From Vulcanimicrobiota bacterium (GTDB taxonomy: Bacteria > Vulcanimicrobiota > Vulcanimicrobiia > Vulcanimicrobiales > Vulcanimicrobiaceae): a DNA stretch of 64,000 bases. Below are positions 18,591-30,580 of this stretch, piece after piece (the stretch's first letter is position 1; the number at the start of each line of letters is the position of its first letter). The notes under the pieces are model-generated. The model had not been told where the DNA came from. It made no database searches and saw nothing but the letters and a program-made list of their open reading frames with translations. The DNA lies in assembly GCA_963733295.1 (NCBI GenBank), contig CAVTCS010000003.1:2880001-2944000 (forward strand), read 5' to 3'. Both the position numbers and the translations under genes were made by a program.

Positions 18591-19838
18591 ATGCAGCTGC
18601 TCGACGCCAGCCTCCTCGAGGCGCAAGATCCCGAGATCGCCGCAGCGATTCGCTTTGAAGAGGAGCGCCAGCGCGACAACCTCGAGCTGATCGCCTCCGA
18701 AAACTATGCGAGCCGCGCGGTGCGCGAAGCGACCGCCTCGGTGCTCACCAACAAATACGCGGAAGGCTATCCCGGCAAGCGGTACTACGGCGGCTGCGAA
18801 TTCGTCGACCTCGCCGAGCAGTTGGCGATCGAGCGCGCCAAGCGCATCTTCGGTGCGGAACATGCCAACGTCCAACCGCATGCGGGTGCGCAAGCGAACA
18901 TGGCCGTCTTCATGGCGGTCTTGCAGCCGGGCGAGACGGTCCTCGGCATGTCGCTCGCGCACGGCGGCCACTTGACCCACGGCACTAAGGTGAGCTTCAG
19001 CGGTAAGCTCTACAACGCGGTCGCGTACGGCGTGCGGCGCGATACCGAACTCATCGATTTCGACGAAGTCCGCGCGCTGGCGCGCGAACACAAACCGAAG
19101 CTGATCGTCGCGGGCGCGAGCGCCTACCCGCGCACGATGGAGTACGCGCCCTTCCGCGAGATCGCCGACGAAGTCGGCGCCGCGCTGCTCGTCGACATGG
19201 CGCACATCGCGGGTCTGGTCGCCGTGGGATTGCACCCGTCGCCCGTTCCGTTCGCCGAGTTCGTGTCCACGACGACGCACAAGACCTTGCGCGGCCCGCG
19301 CGGCGGACTCGTGCTCTCGCGAGCGTCGGTCGCGCAAGCGCTCGACAAGAGCGTCTTTCCCGGCATCCAAGGCGGTCCGTTCATGCATGCGATCGCAGCC
19401 AAAGCGGTCGCGTTCGGCGAGGCGCTCCAGCCGCAATTCGCCACCTATCAGCGTCAAGTGATCGCGAACGCGCAGGCCCTCGGTGAAGAACTGACGCGCG
19501 CCGGCGTCAGGCTCGTGGCGGGTGGAACCGACACACATCTGCTGCTGGTCGACCTGACGCCGAAAAACCTGACGGGCAAAGCCGTCGAGAGTTATCTCGA
19601 CGAGATTCGCATCACCGTCAACAAGAACGCGATTCCGTTCGATCCGCAGAAACCCGCCGTGACCAGCGGCATTCGTATTGGCTCGCCGGCAATCACCTCG
19701 CGGGGAATGGGAGAGAGCGAGGCGCGCGAGATCGGCAAAATCATCGGCGAGGCGCTCGAAGACATCGCCGAGCGAGCCAAGATGGACGCACTCCGCCAGC
19801 GCGTCGGCGAACTCACTTCGCGCTTCGGCGTTCCGTAA
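18591..19838 (+). CDS. glyA: Serine hydroxymethyltransferase
   Basis: [22 protein letters not shown] and [13 protein letters not shown] motifs. Confidence 0.98.
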   Translation: MQLLDASLLEAQDPEIAAAIRFEEERQRDNLELIASENYASRAVREATASVLTNKYAEGYPGKRYYGGCEFVDLAEQLAIERAKRIFGAEHANVQPHAGAQANMAVFMAVLQPGETVLGMSLAHGGHLTHGTKVSFSGKLYNAVAYGVRRDTELIDFDEVRALAREHKPKLIVAGASAYPRTMEYAPFREIADEVGAALLVDMAHIAGLVAVGLHPSPVPFAEFVSTTTHKTLRGPRGGLVLSRASVAQALDKSVFPGIQGGPFMHAIAAKAVAFGEALQPQFATYQRQVIANAQALGEELTRAGVRLVAGGTDTHLLLVDLTPKNLTGKAVESYLDEIRITVNKNAIPFDPQKPAVTSGIRIGSPAITSRGMGESEAREIGKIIGEALEDIAERAKMDALRQRVGELTSRFGVP

Positions 19839-19855
19839 GCCAAGAAGAGCTAGGA

Positions 19856-20551
19856 ATCGCCCGCGCTCCGGGTCCCAGCGTCCGCGTCGTCGGTCATCCG
19901 GCCGTCGCCGACCGCCTCGCGCGCCTGCGCGACGCAACGACGCCCGTACCTGAATTTCGGCGTCTCGTCGAAGAGCTGGGTGCGCTGCTCGCGTACGAAG
20001 CGACGCACTCGCTGCGCACCGTCGACGTCGAGGTCGCGACGCCGCTCGGACAGGCCCATGCCCGGCGCATCGCGACCCGTCCCGTCGTCGCGCCGATCCT
20101 GCGCGCCGGGCTCGGGCTCTTGCCCGGCTTTCTCTCGGTCGTTGACGATTCGATCGTCGCGCATCTCGGATTTTTTCGCGACCCGGAAACTCTCGCAGCG
20201 GTGCCCTACTACGCGAACTTGCCCGAAGACCTCAGCGGCGCCGACGTCTTCGCGCTGGATCCGATGCTGGCGACCGGACACTCGGGCGCGGCCGCGCTCG
20301 ACGTTCTGGCGGAACGTGGCGCGCGCGAAGCCTGCTTCCTGTGCATTATCGCCGCGCCGGCAGGCATCGATTTCGTACGCGCGACGCACCCTTCGGTGCG
20401 CATCGTGACCTGCGCGATCGACGAGCGATTGAACGACCACGGTTACATCGTCCCGGGCCTCGGGGACGCAGGCGACCGGATGTTCGGGAGCGCTTCTTCG
20501 GTACCATCGAAGGTATCGCGGCGGTCACACCGCGAGCCCAGAGGACGCTGA
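19856..20551 (+). CDS. upp: Uracil phosphoribosyltransferase (no canonical start codon; ATC at 19856 proposed)
   Basis: In-frame VVGHP..LRD..EFRRL..LLAYEA..PILRAGLG upstream of the track's TTG at 20120; DPMLATG and YIVPGLGDAGDR downstream. Confidence 0.93.
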   Translation: MARAPGPSVRVVGHPAVADRLARLRDATTPVPEFRRLVEELGALLAYEATHSLRTVDVEVATPLGQAHARRIATRPVVAPILRAGLGLLPGFLSVVDDSIVAHLGFFRDPETLAAVPYYANLPEDLSGADVFALDPMLATGHSGAAALDVLAERGAREACFLCIIAAPAGIDFVRATHPSVRIVTCAIDERLNDHGYIVPGLGDAGDRMFGSASSVPSKVSRRSHREPRGR

Positions 20552-20614
20552 GAGTTCGGGTAACCGCACGCCTCGCTGCGGGTGTCCTACCTGAGGATGA
20601 CTAACGGAATCGGG

Positions 20615-21067
20615 ATGCGACCGGGCTGGGAAGAATACTTTATGGAGGTCGCTCGAACGGTCGCGACGCGCGCGACTTGTCCGCGAGCGAGCGTGGGAGC
20701 CGTTTTGGTGCGCGATCATCGCATCCTGACGACGGGTTACAACGGCGCACCGCGACACGTCGCGCACTGCACCGAGGTCGGTTGCGAGCTGGCCGGGGAG
20801 CACTGCGTGCGGACCACGCACGCCGAGGCGAACGCGGTCGTTCAGGGAGCGCTCTACGGCGTCTCGCTCGAAGGCTCGACGGCGTATTGCACCCATCAAC
20901 CGTGCATCGGCTGCGCCAAGCTGCTGATTAGTGCGGGCGTCGTGCGGATCGTGTACGACGCGGCCTACCCCGATCCGTTCGCGCAGGAGATGTTGTCGGA
21001 GGCCGGCGTCGCGCTCGTAGCCTTCGCGTCGCTGGAGCGCGCCCGCGCGAACGCGGGAAAGCCGTGA
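20615..21067 (+). CDS. dCMP deaminase (ComEB-like)
   Basis: RPGWEEYF, RATC, TGYNG, HAEANA and PCIGC zinc motifs. Confidence 0.93.
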   Translation: MRPGWEEYFMEVARTVATRATCPRASVGAVLVRDHRILTTGYNGAPRHVAHCTEVGCELAGEHCVRTTHAEANAVVQGALYGVSLEGSTAYCTHQPCIGCAKLLISAGVVRIVYDAAYPDPFAQEMLSEAGVALVAFASLERARANAGKP

Positions 21068-22062
21068 CGATCAACGCGATCTACGCGCTGGCCGCGGTAA
21101 CGGCGCTGTTGACCTCGCTCTTCGTCACCCCCAAAGTGCGCAAGCTTGCGCTACGCTTCGGCGTGCTCGACGCTCCCGGCGAGCGGCGCATGCACGAAGA
21201 ACCGACCCCACGCATCGGCGGCATCGCCGTCTATCTCGGGCTCGCGTTCGCCCTCTTCGTTTCGATCGGCTTCGCCCTGCACACGACGCTCTTCCACAGC
21301 GCGGACGATACGCAAAACTTCTTCGGGCTGCTTTTCGGCGGAACGCTGATCATGCTGGTGGGAGTTTGGGACGACGTCATGGGGATGAGCCCGCGCGGTA
21401 AGTTCCTCGCGCAGATCGTCGTCGCCGTCGTTTCGATGATCTACGGTTTTCATATCGGGAGCTTTCGCATTCCGTTCGGCGACATCGTCACGCTGCCGCC
21501 TTGGATCGACTACCCGCTGACGCTGCTCTGGTACCTCGGGATGATGAACGCGATCAACTTCCTCGATGGGCTGGACGGCTTACTCGCCGGCGTTACCTCG
21601 ATCTCGGGACTGTTCTTGTTCGCAATCGCGATCGGACACGGACACACCGGCGCCGCGCTCGTCTTGGCCGCGCTCGTCGGCGGCGCGCTCGGCTTTCTTC
21701 CTTACAACTTCAATCCGGCGAAGATCTTTCTGGGAGACACCGGCTCGCTCTTCATCGGCTACGTGTTCGCGACCGTCTCGATCTTGATCACGGCCAAAGT
21801 CGCGGTGGCGGTGAGTTTGCTCGTGCCGCTGGTGGCACTCGGCTTGCCGGTGATCGATACGGCGGCTGCGATCTGGCGCCGCACCGTGGCGGGAAAGTCG
21901 ATCGCCGAAGCCGATCGCAGTCACTTCCATCACATCCTGGTCTTCCGCTTCGGTCTGAACGTGCGCCAAGCGGTCTTGCTGATCTACGTTCTGTGCTTCG
22001 CGCTCGGTGCGGCGGCGTATCTGCTTTCCGGTCCCCACGTCAGAATCGGCGGAACGATATGA
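21064..22062 (+). CDS. Undecaprenyl-phosphate GlcNAc-1-phosphate transferase (WecA/TagO, GT4/MraY-like)
   Basis: RRMH..PTPRIGG, GVWDD, NAINFLDGLDGL, IFLGDTGS and DRSHFHH motifs. Confidence 0.94.
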   Translation: MTINAIYALAAVTALLTSLFVTPKVRKLALRFGVLDAPGERRMHEEPTPRIGGIAVYLGLAFALFVSIGFALHTTLFHSADDTQNFFGLLFGGTLIMLVGVWDDVMGMSPRGKFLAQIVVAVVSMIYGFHIGSFRIPFGDIVTLPPWIDYPLTLLWYLGMMNAINFLDGLDGLLAGVTSISGLFLFAIAIGHGHTGAALVLAALVGGALGFLPYNFNPAKIFLGDTGSLFIGYVFATVSILITAKVAVAVSLLVPLVALGLPVIDTAAAIWRRTVAGKSIAEADRSHFHHILVFRFGLNVRQAVLLIYVLCFALGAAAYLLSGPHVRIGGTI

Positions 22063-23219
22063 GCGGATCGCCGTTGCGCGTCATGAGCGTCTTCGGGACG
22101 CGCCCGGATACGATCAAAATGGCGCCGGTCGTGGGCGCGCTGCGCGAAGCCGCACCGGCGATCGAACCGATCGTGTGCGTCACCGCGCAACATCGTCGCA
22201 TGCTCGACGATCTGCTCGCGCTCTTCGAAATCGTCCCCGACTACGACCTCGACATCATGCGGCCCGACCAAACCTTGACCGAAATCACGACGCGAGTTCT
22301 GGACGGAATGGTGCCGGTACTCGAACGAGCGAATCCCGACGTCGTCCTCGTTCACGGCGACACGTCGACGAGCACAGCCGCCGCGCTCGCCGCGTTCTAC
22401 GCGCAAATTCCGGTCGGGCACGTCGAGGCCGGTTTGCGCACGACGACGATTTGGGAGCCGTACCCCGAGGAACTCAACCGCCGGCTCACCGGACGCATCG
22501 CCTCGTTCCACTTCGCGCCGACCGCGCGCGCGCGTCAGAATCTGGAACACGAAGGCGTGACGGCCGCCGATATCTTCGTCACGGGGAATACCGTGATCGA
22601 CGCTTTCCTCGACGCCGCCGGACGGACGTACGCGAACGAGCCCGGCGAGTGGTCGGGCCTCGATCCGGCGCGTCCCTGGATCTTCGTGACGGCTCACCGG
22701 CGCGAAAATCACGAGCGAATGCGCGGCATTTGCGAAGCGCTGGCAGAGATCGCCGCTTTCCCGCAGCGGCCGCAGATCTTGCTTCCGGTGCACCCCTCGC
22801 CGAAAGTCGCACCGGTCGCGCATGCCGTCCTCGACGGCGTCGCCGGCGTGAAGCTCGTCGCACCGATGGCGTACGATGTGACGGTGCGAACGATCGAGCG
22901 GTCGCGGCTCGTCCTCACCGACAGCGGCGGCTTGCAAGAGGAAGCCCCTTGCCTCGGCAAACCGGTGCTCGTGATGCGCCGCGAGACCGAGCGGCCCGAG
23001 GGCATCGAGGCCGGAACGCTCGAACTGGTCGGCGCCGAACGCGAGCATATCGTGGCGGCGACGCGGCGGCTCCTCGAGGACGAGGTGGCGTACGCGCGCA
23101 TGGCGCGCGCCAACAATCCGTACGGCGACGGTCTGGCCGCGCGCCGCATCGCGGACTGGCTGCTGGCGCGCCTGCGCGGCGGCGAGCTGCCGAGCGAATT
23201 TCGCGCGCGCGTCGCCTGA
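22059..23219 (+). CDS. wecB: UDP-N-acetylglucosamine 2-epimerase (non-hydrolysing)
   Basis: FGTRPDTIKMAP, VHGDT, HVEAGLR, HRREN, TDSGGLQEEAP and NPYGDG motifs. Confidence 0.96.
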   Translation: MSGSPLRVMSVFGTRPDTIKMAPVVGALREAAPAIEPIVCVTAQHRRMLDDLLALFEIVPDYDLDIMRPDQTLTEITTRVLDGMVPVLERANPDVVLVHGDTSTSTAAALAAFYAQIPVGHVEAGLRTTTIWEPYPEELNRRLTGRIASFHFAPTARARQNLEHEGVTAADIFVTGNTVIDAFLDAAGRTYANEPGEWSGLDPARPWIFVTAHRRENHERMRGICEALAEIAAFPQRPQILLPVHPSPKVAPVAHAVLDGVAGVKLVAPMAYDVTVRTIERSRLVLTDSGGLQEEAPCLGKPVLVMRRETERPEGIEAGTLELVGAEREHIVAATRRLLEDEVAYARMARANNPYGDGLAARRIADWLLARLRGGELPSEFRARVA

Positions 23220-23285
23220 GGCGAGCGCTGCGGCGCGAGGCGGGAGGAGGGTTCATCCCAGCCTAGCCCAAAACGGGAAGGCGCC

Positions 23286-23660
23286 GTGTCAGAGGCTGGT
23301 TTGCGTGCATATCACGACCGCAAGCGGCCGATGGCCGTGTGGTCGGCGGCGTTTGCACTCTGTGCGGGCATCCCGCTCCTGATCTGGTCTCCGCCGGCGG
23401 CTCTCGCGCTCGCCCTAGGGACCGCGTGCGGCATCCTCAATGCACTTTTGGTCATGCGAGGCACCGAGCGCCTAGCGGGCCACGCGAGCGTCGGTACTTT
23501 TGTCTTCTCGAGCATTCTACGGATAGTGGTTTTCGGTGTGGTACCCGTCGAGTTTTGTCTGCACGCGCCCTGGTGGACCTTCGGGATCTATTTCGTCGGA
23601 TTTTTCACGCCGCTCGCACTCTACGCAATGCTCGTAGCGCGCGAGTTGCGAGCGAACTGA
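23286..23660 (+). CDS. atpI: ATP synthase protein I-like membrane protein
   Basis: Small protein with about four hydrophobic segments immediately before atpB; assigned by position. Confidence 0.65.
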   Translation: MSEAGLRAYHDRKRPMAVWSAAFALCAGIPLLIWSPPAALALALGTACGILNALLVMRGTERLAGHASVGTFVFSSILRIVVFGVVPVEFCLHAPWWTFGIYFVGFFTPLALYAMLVARELRAN

Positions 23661-23663
23661 GCC

Positions 23664-24401
23664 GTGGGACAGAAAGCGGAAATCGGCGTCCATTCGACGT
23701 GGCAGTGGCCGATCGTCGGGAGCGTTCACGCGGATACGATCATGACGACGTGGGTCGCGATGTTCGTCACGTTGCTGTTTTTGGCTTGGATCGGCCGGAG
23801 CTACCGCAAGCCCGAGGCTGACCGCACGCAAACCGTGTTCGAAGGCGTCATCACCTACATCTCCGACTTGATTTACGGAACCCTCGGCAAGGAGGGCGAA
23901 CCGTTCGTGCCTTTTTTCATCGCCCTCTTCATCTATCTCTTCGTGCTCAATCAATTCGGAGTGTTTCAGCTCAAGACGCTCGGCCTGCCCTTCGGCGGCT
24001 CGCCGTCGGCCGACCTCAACACGACGGTACCCTACGCGGCATTCATTTTCTGCATGATCTGGTTCGTCGCGATCCGCAAGCAGGGCGTCCGCGCGCTCAA
24101 GCATCTGCTGGAACCGTTTCCCGTACTTCTGCCGATCAACTTACTCGAACAACTCGCGCGTCCGGTGACGCTCGCCGCTCGTCTCTTTTTCAACATCTTC
24201 GTCGGCGAGATATTGCTCTTCATCATCGCCTCGTTGATCGCATCGGCGGTGAAGATCGGCCCGTTCGACCTCTCGCTGGCCGTCGCCATCTTGCCCTTCT
24301 TCATCCAATTCTTCAACTTTTTCGTCGGGACCGTTCAAGCGTTCATCTTTACTCTACTGGGAATCGTCTATCTTTCGTTGACCATCTCCGAGGAACACTA
24401 A
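23664..24401 (+). CDS. atpB: ATP synthase Fo subunit a
   Basis: PSADLNTT and RPVTLAARLFFN (essential Arg), VQAFIF motifs. Confidence 0.96.
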   Translation: MGQKAEIGVHSTWQWPIVGSVHADTIMTTWVAMFVTLLFLAWIGRSYRKPEADRTQTVFEGVITYISDLIYGTLGKEGEPFVPFFIALFIYLFVLNQFGVFQLKTLGLPFGGSPSADLNTTVPYAAFIFCMIWFVAIRKQGVRALKHLLEPFPVLLPINLLEQLARPVTLAARLFFNIFVGEILLFIIASLIASAVKIGPFDLSLAVAILPFFIQFFNFFVGTVQAFIFTLLGIVYLSLTISEEH

Positions 24402-24427
24402 ACTGACTTCTTGCGAAAGGCGTTCCG

Positions 24428-24706
24428 TTGACCTCTGAAAGCCTGATAATTGCAGCGACGATCGTCGCATTCGGACTGATCGTGCTCGGCGTTGCGTTCG
24501 GTTCGGCGGTCGGCGACGGCATCGTCGCCTCGAAGGCCGTCGAGGCAATCGCGCGCCAACCCGAGGCGCGTCCGAATATCTTTACCTTCCTCTTTCTAGG
24601 CGTCGGAATCTTGGAAGCGTTTCCCATCATCTCGCTGGGGCTCGCTTTCTACATTCTGCTCGTCGTCGTGAACGTTCCGGCGATGCTGACGCATCTGCCG
24701 AAATAG
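24428..24706 (+). CDS. atpE: ATP synthase Fo subunit c
   Basis: Two hydrophobic helices joined by the ARQPEA loop; ion-binding Glu in ILEAF. Confidence 0.97.
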   Translation: MTSESLIIAATIVAFGLIVLGVAFGSAVGDGIVASKAVEAIARQPEARPNIFTFLFLGVGILEAFPIISLGLAFYILLVVVNVPAMLTHLPK

Positions 24707-24718
24707 TCGAAACGGCCG

Positions 24719-25147
24719 ATGTTTCTCAGCCTCGACGGGACCTCCTTAGTGCAGTTGATCAACTTCGGGATCTTTTACTTGATTCTGAATGCGGTCTTCT
24801 TGCGTCCCGTCGGCGCGGCGATTCGCAAACGGCGCGAATACATCACCGGTGTGCGGGCGGACTACGACCGCTACCGGCATCAAGTCGACAATCTGACCCG
24901 CGAGGCCAATGAAAAGCGCGCCGCGGCGCGCCGCGAAGCAGGTGAGTTCGTGCACGAAGCGCGAGCCCGAGCCGAGAACGAGGCGAACGCGATCGTTGCC
25001 CGTTACGGGGACGACGCTTCGAAACTCACGCGCGAGGCGGACGCGACGGTCGAGAAAGAATCGGCGGCGGCACGCGCGCGCGAACCGCAACTCGTGAGCG
25101 ACCTCGCGCGGCAGCTGCTCGCGCGAGCGGTCGGAGCGCAAGCGTGA
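24719..25147 (+). CDS. ATP synthase Fo subunit b' (first b-type subunit)
   Basis: DGTSLVQLINF..LNAVFLRPV..IRKR followed by a coiled coil. Confidence 0.88.
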   Translation: MFLSLDGTSLVQLINFGIFYLILNAVFLRPVGAAIRKRREYITGVRADYDRYRHQVDNLTREANEKRAAARREAGEFVHEARARAENEANAIVARYGDDASKLTREADATVEKESAAARAREPQLVSDLARQLLARAVGAQA

Positions 25148-25641
25148 ACCATCAGTTCTACGCGGATCTGGCGCTCTGGAGCCAGGTGATCGGCTCGACG
25201 GCGTTCCTGGTGGTCGTCGTCTACCTGTGGCGACGCTACGTCACCCCGGCGGTCATCGTTGCGCAGCAGCACAAGAACGAAGAGCTCGCCGCGAACGAAC
25301 GGCGCCGCGACGAAGCGAAGCTTCGCGCCGAGGAGGCGCAGCGCTTGCTGCGCTCGGCCGACGACGACGTGCTCGCGATCCGCGCGCGCGCGCAGCGCGA
25401 CGCGGAGAGCGAGCGCGAACGGCTGCTAAGCGAGGCGACGGGCGAAGGTAAACGGCTGGTACGCAACGCGGAAGGCGAGCTCGGACGGCTCCGCCGCACC
25501 GCCCGTGCGAGCCTGCGGGACGAGTTCGTCGTGCACGCGCTGCGGCTCGCGCGCGAAGCCGCGAGTGAGGTCGATGCATCGACCAATCGCCGGCTGGTCG
25601 ACGAAGCGCTCGCGGCAGTCGAACGCGGGGGTGCGAACTGA
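25144..25641 (+). CDS. atpF: ATP synthase Fo subunit b (second b-type subunit)
   Basis: N-terminal hydrophobic helix plus charged coiled coil, located between b' and delta. Confidence 0.88.
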   Translation: MNHQFYADLALWSQVIGSTAFLVVVVYLWRRYVTPAVIVAQQHKNEELAANERRRDEAKLRAEEAQRLLRSADDDVLAIRARAQRDAESERERLLSEATGEGKRLVRNAEGELGRLRRTARASLRDEFVVHALRLAREAASEVDASTNRRLVDEALAAVERGGAN

Positions 25642-26186
25642 TGCAGAACGAAACCGTCGCGCGCCGCTATGCGAGCGCCGTTTTCGGGCTTGCCGTCGAT
25701 GCGAAGGGCGTGACGGAGGTCGGGCGCGACTTGAGCGCAGCTCGCGACGCCTTGTACGGCAGCGAAGATGTCCGGCGCTTTTTCCTCTCGCCGGTTTTCC
25801 AGCGGGCCGATAAGGAACGGCTCTTGAGCGAGGCGTTTCGCGGCAAGCTCGACGAGATCGCTTTCCATACGCTCCTCTTGCTGGTGCGCAAGCGTCGCGA
25901 AGCGCTGCTGCCCTCGATCGTCCTGGCGTACGATCAGTTGGCCCTGGCCGCCTCGGGTAAGGAACCGCTCGAAATCGTCAGCGCGCGCGCTCTCGACCGA
26001 GCCGAATTTCAAAAGATCGTGGAGCGCGTCTCACGAGCCTCGGGAAAGAGTTACCAGGTCACGGAGCGGATCGACCCGAGCCTGCTCGGCGGCGTGCGCA
26101 TAACCTCGGGCGACCTCTGCATCGACGGGTCGATCGCCGCGCGGCTCGACCGGCTCGCTCGCGACCTGTCCACGACGAACGCCTAA
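25641..26186 (+). CDS. atpH: ATP synthase F1 subunit delta
   Basis: VARRYASA, IDPSLLGGV and IDGSI motifs. Confidence 0.96.
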   Translation: MQNETVARRYASAVFGLAVDAKGVTEVGRDLSAARDALYGSEDVRRFFLSPVFQRADKERLLSEAFRGKLDEIAFHTLLLLVRKRREALLPSIVLAYDQLALAASGKEPLEIVSARALDRAEFQKIVERVSRASGKSYQVTERIDPSLLGGVRITSGDLCIDGSIAARLDRLARDLSTTNA

Positions 26187-26205
26187 GTAAGGAAGCAGAA
26201 CTTTC

Positions 26206-27705
26206 ATGATCAACGCCGACGAAATCGCCGGAATTCTCAAAAACCAGATCGCCAACTTCTCGAGCGAAGTACACGAAGACCAAGTCGGCACGGTCATCGA
26301 AGTCGGCTCGAGCATCGCGCGCATCTACGGCCTCGAAATGGTCCAACAGTCGGAGCTGGTCGAATTCGAAAGCGGCGTGCAAGGCATCGTCCTCAATTTG
26401 GAAGAGGACAACGTCGGCGTCGTCATTCTGGGTCCCGACACCGAGATCAAGGAAGGCCAACTGGTCAAGCGCACCGGCCGCATCGTTTCGGTGCCGGTCG
26501 GTCACGCGCTGTTGGGCCGGGTCGTCGATCCGCTCGGCAATCCGGTCGACGGCAAGGGTCCGATCGAGACCAAGAAATACCGCACGATCGAGAACGTCGC
26601 CCCATCCGTCGTGCAGCGTCAAGGCGTCAAACAGCCCTTGCAGACCGGAATCCGCGCCATCGACGCATTGATCCCGATCGGAAAGGGTCAGCGCGAACTC
26701 ATCATCGGCGACCGCGGCACCGGCAAGACGGCCATTGCGATCGATACGATCATCAACCAAAAGGGCCGCGACGTGTACTGCATCTACGTCGCCATCGGCC
26801 AGAAGACGTCGACGGTCGCCTCGCTCGCGCAGATCCTCGAGCAGCGCGGTGCGCTCGAGTTCACGACGATCGTGGCGGTCAGCCCTTCGGAAGCTCCGGC
26901 GCTCAAGTACCTCGCGCCCTACACCGGCTGCGCGATCGGCGAAGAGTTGATGTACGAAGGCAAAGACGTGCTGATCGTCTACGACGACCTCACCAAGCAC
27001 GCAATCGCCTACCGCGAGATGTCGCTCTTGCTGCGCCGTCCACCCGGCCGCGAAGCCTATCCGGGCGACATCTTCTTCCTGCACTCGCGCTTGCTCGAAC
27101 GTGCGGCGAAACTCTCCGACGAGTTGGGCGGCGGTTCGTTGACCGCGCTGCCGATCATCGAAACGCAGGCCGGCGACGTCTCGGCCTACATTCCGACCAA
27201 CCTGATCTCGATTACCGACGGTCAGATCTACCTCACGACGACGTTGTTCTTCCAGGGGATCCGGCCGGCGGTGGACGTCGGCATCTCGGTCTCGCGCGTC
27301 GGCGGCGCAGCGCAAACCAAAGCCATGCGTTCGGTCGCCGGTCAACTGAAGCTCGATCTCGCGCAGTATCGCGAGCTCGCGGCCTTCGCGAAGCTTTCGA
27401 GCGACCTCGACAAGAACACGCGCGCCACGCTGACTCGGGGCGAGAAAATCACCGAGATTCTCAAGCAGCCCCAGTACGAGCCGCAGGCGATGGAAGATCA
27501 GGTCATGGTCATCTTCGCGGGTACGCGCGGGTACTTGACCGACATTCCGACCGACCGGCTCCAGGAGTGGGCGCACAGCTTCGTGCGCTTCGTGCACTCC
27601 AAGCACGCCAATATTCCAAAAGCGATCGATGAGACCAAAACGCTCTCGGAGGACAACACCAAAGCGCTCATTGCAGCCATTGAGGAGTTCAACAAATCGT
27701 TCTAG
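26206..27705 (+). CDS. atpA: ATP synthase F1 subunit alpha
   Basis: GDRGTGKT and [12 protein letters not shown] motifs. Confidence 0.99.
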   Translation: MINADEIAGILKNQIANFSSEVHEDQVGTVIEVGSSIARIYGLEMVQQSELVEFESGVQGIVLNLEEDNVGVVILGPDTEIKEGQLVKRTGRIVSVPVGHALLGRVVDPLGNPVDGKGPIETKKYRTIENVAPSVVQRQGVKQPLQTGIRAIDALIPIGKGQRELIIGDRGTGKTAIAIDTIINQKGRDVYCIYVAIGQKTSTVASLAQILEQRGALEFTTIVAVSPSEAPALKYLAPYTGCAIGEELMYEGKDVLIVYDDLTKHAIAYREMSLLLRRPPGREAYPGDIFFLHSRLLERAAKLSDELGGGSLTALPIIETQAGDVSAYIPTNLISITDGQIYLTTTLFFQGIRPAVDVGISVSRVGGAAQTKAMRSVAGQLKLDLAQYRELAAFAKLSSDLDKNTRATLTRGEKITEILKQPQYEPQAMEDQVMVIFAGTRGYLTDIPTDRLQEWAHSFVRFVHSKHANIPKAIDETKTLSEDNTKALIAAIEEFNKSF

Positions 27706-27765
27706 TGACACTGGCTCGTCGTTGCCGGCGCGGCCGGCCTAGCGGGTCTCGCACGGGAGGCGCCC

Positions 27766-28620
27766 TTGCCTAGCGTTCGGGATTTGCGCGACCGGATTCG
27801 GTCGATGAAGAATACGCAGCAGATCACCAAGGCGATGAAGCAGGTGGCCGCGGCGAAAATCCGGCGCGCCGAGATGGTGCAGAGGCAAGCGCGACCCTAT
27901 GCCGAGGGCATCACCGAGATGCTGAACGACCTGATGAATGCGGTCGGTCACGTCGACCATCCGTTCATGCGTCCGGGGAAAGCGGGAGCGCCCGCCGGCG
28001 TGATTCTCATGACGGCCGACAAAGGGCTGGCCGGAGCGTTCAATTCGAACGTGATACGGGCGGCCGAGTTGTTCGCTCGCGAACATTCGGGCGCGCTTTG
28101 GTATCCGGTCGGAAATAAGGCGGTCGCCGCGGTGCGAAGGCGCGGGGAGCTGGGTGAGTTCTCGACCCCGTTGAGCGGCAAGATGCTGGAGATCGCGCAG
28201 AAGATCGCGCATCGGGTTACGGACGATTTCGTTTCCGGTAAGATTTCGGAGGTCGTGCTGGTTTCGTCCGAGTTCGTTTCGATGATGCTGCAGCGGCCGC
28301 AGGTTCGAACGCTCGTGCCGATCGTGGCCGAGAAGAAAGAACGGCCCGAGGGGCCGCGCGGTGCGGTTGAGTTTGCGCCGTCGCCCGAGGCTGTATTGAA
28401 GGCGCTCTTGCCGAAGTATCTTGAATTCTCGTTGTACTCGGCGATGCTCGAGACGGATGCTTCCTTCTATGCAGCGCAGTTGGTGGCGATGAGTAATGCG
28501 ACGGATAACGCCGGCAAACTCATCGACGAGTTGACGTTGCAGATGAATAAGGCGCGTCAGGGCGCAATTACGAAAGAGATACTCGAAATCGTCGGCGGCG
28601 CCGAAGCGCTCGCAGGCTAA
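27766..28620 (+). CDS. atpG: ATP synthase F1 subunit gamma
   Basis: QITKAMK, DKGLAGAFN, AMSNATDNA and NKARQGAITKEILEI motifs; GGGAGG SD. Confidence 0.98.
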   Translation: MPSVRDLRDRIRSMKNTQQITKAMKQVAAAKIRRAEMVQRQARPYAEGITEMLNDLMNAVGHVDHPFMRPGKAGAPAGVILMTADKGLAGAFNSNVIRAAELFAREHSGALWYPVGNKAVAAVRRRGELGEFSTPLSGKMLEIAQKIAHRVTDDFVSGKISEVVLVSSEFVSMMLQRPQVRTLVPIVAEKKERPEGPRGAVEFAPSPEAVLKALLPKYLEFSLYSAMLETDASFYAAQLVAMSNATDNAGKLIDELTLQMNKARQGAITKEILEIVGGAEALAG

Positions 28621-28631
28621 CAGGGGAATAG

Positions 28632-30136
<1,505 letters not shown>

Positions 30137-30137
<1 letters not shown>

Positions 30138-30550
30138 TGGCGAACACCATTCCGTTCAGGTTGATCACGCCGACGCAGGTCGCGTACGAGGGCGACGCGG
30201 AGCTCGTCATCGCCGTAGGAACCGAGGGCGAAGAAGGGATCTTACCGTTGCACGCACCCTTCCTCACGGCGCTGCGTCCGGGCGTGTTGCGCGCGAACGT
30301 CGTCGAGAACGGCGTCGCGAAGCGCGTCGAGTTTGCGACCGGCGAGGGCTTCATGCAAGCGCTGCCGGACCGGGTCAGCGTTCTCGTCGACGCCGCGCTC
30401 ACGAGCGACGAGGTCGACGTCGACGCGGCACGCAAGGAGTTGGAAGCGGCGACCGAGCAGCTTCGGGGTCTCGCGCCGCACTCGCCCGAAGCAGCCCGCG
30501 AGCGCGTGCGCGTGGATTTCGCGACGGCCAAGTTGACCGTGGCGGGCTAA
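30137..30550 (+). CDS. atpC: ATP synthase F1 subunit epsilon
   Basis: LITP..GEEGILPLHAP motif; last gene of the atp block. Confidence 0.96.
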
Positions 30551-30580
30551 GCCAAAGCAAAGAGAGGTCTCGCCGTGAAG

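Noticed and set aside
20520..20614. Riboswitch-like fragments before the dCMP deaminase (GCTGAGA as in TPP, ACACCGCGAGC as in ykkC, CTGAGGA as in hammerheads) and a GGGTAA box
   Set aside because: Each is an isolated short match without the rest of the consensus, and part of it lies in the upp coding tail.
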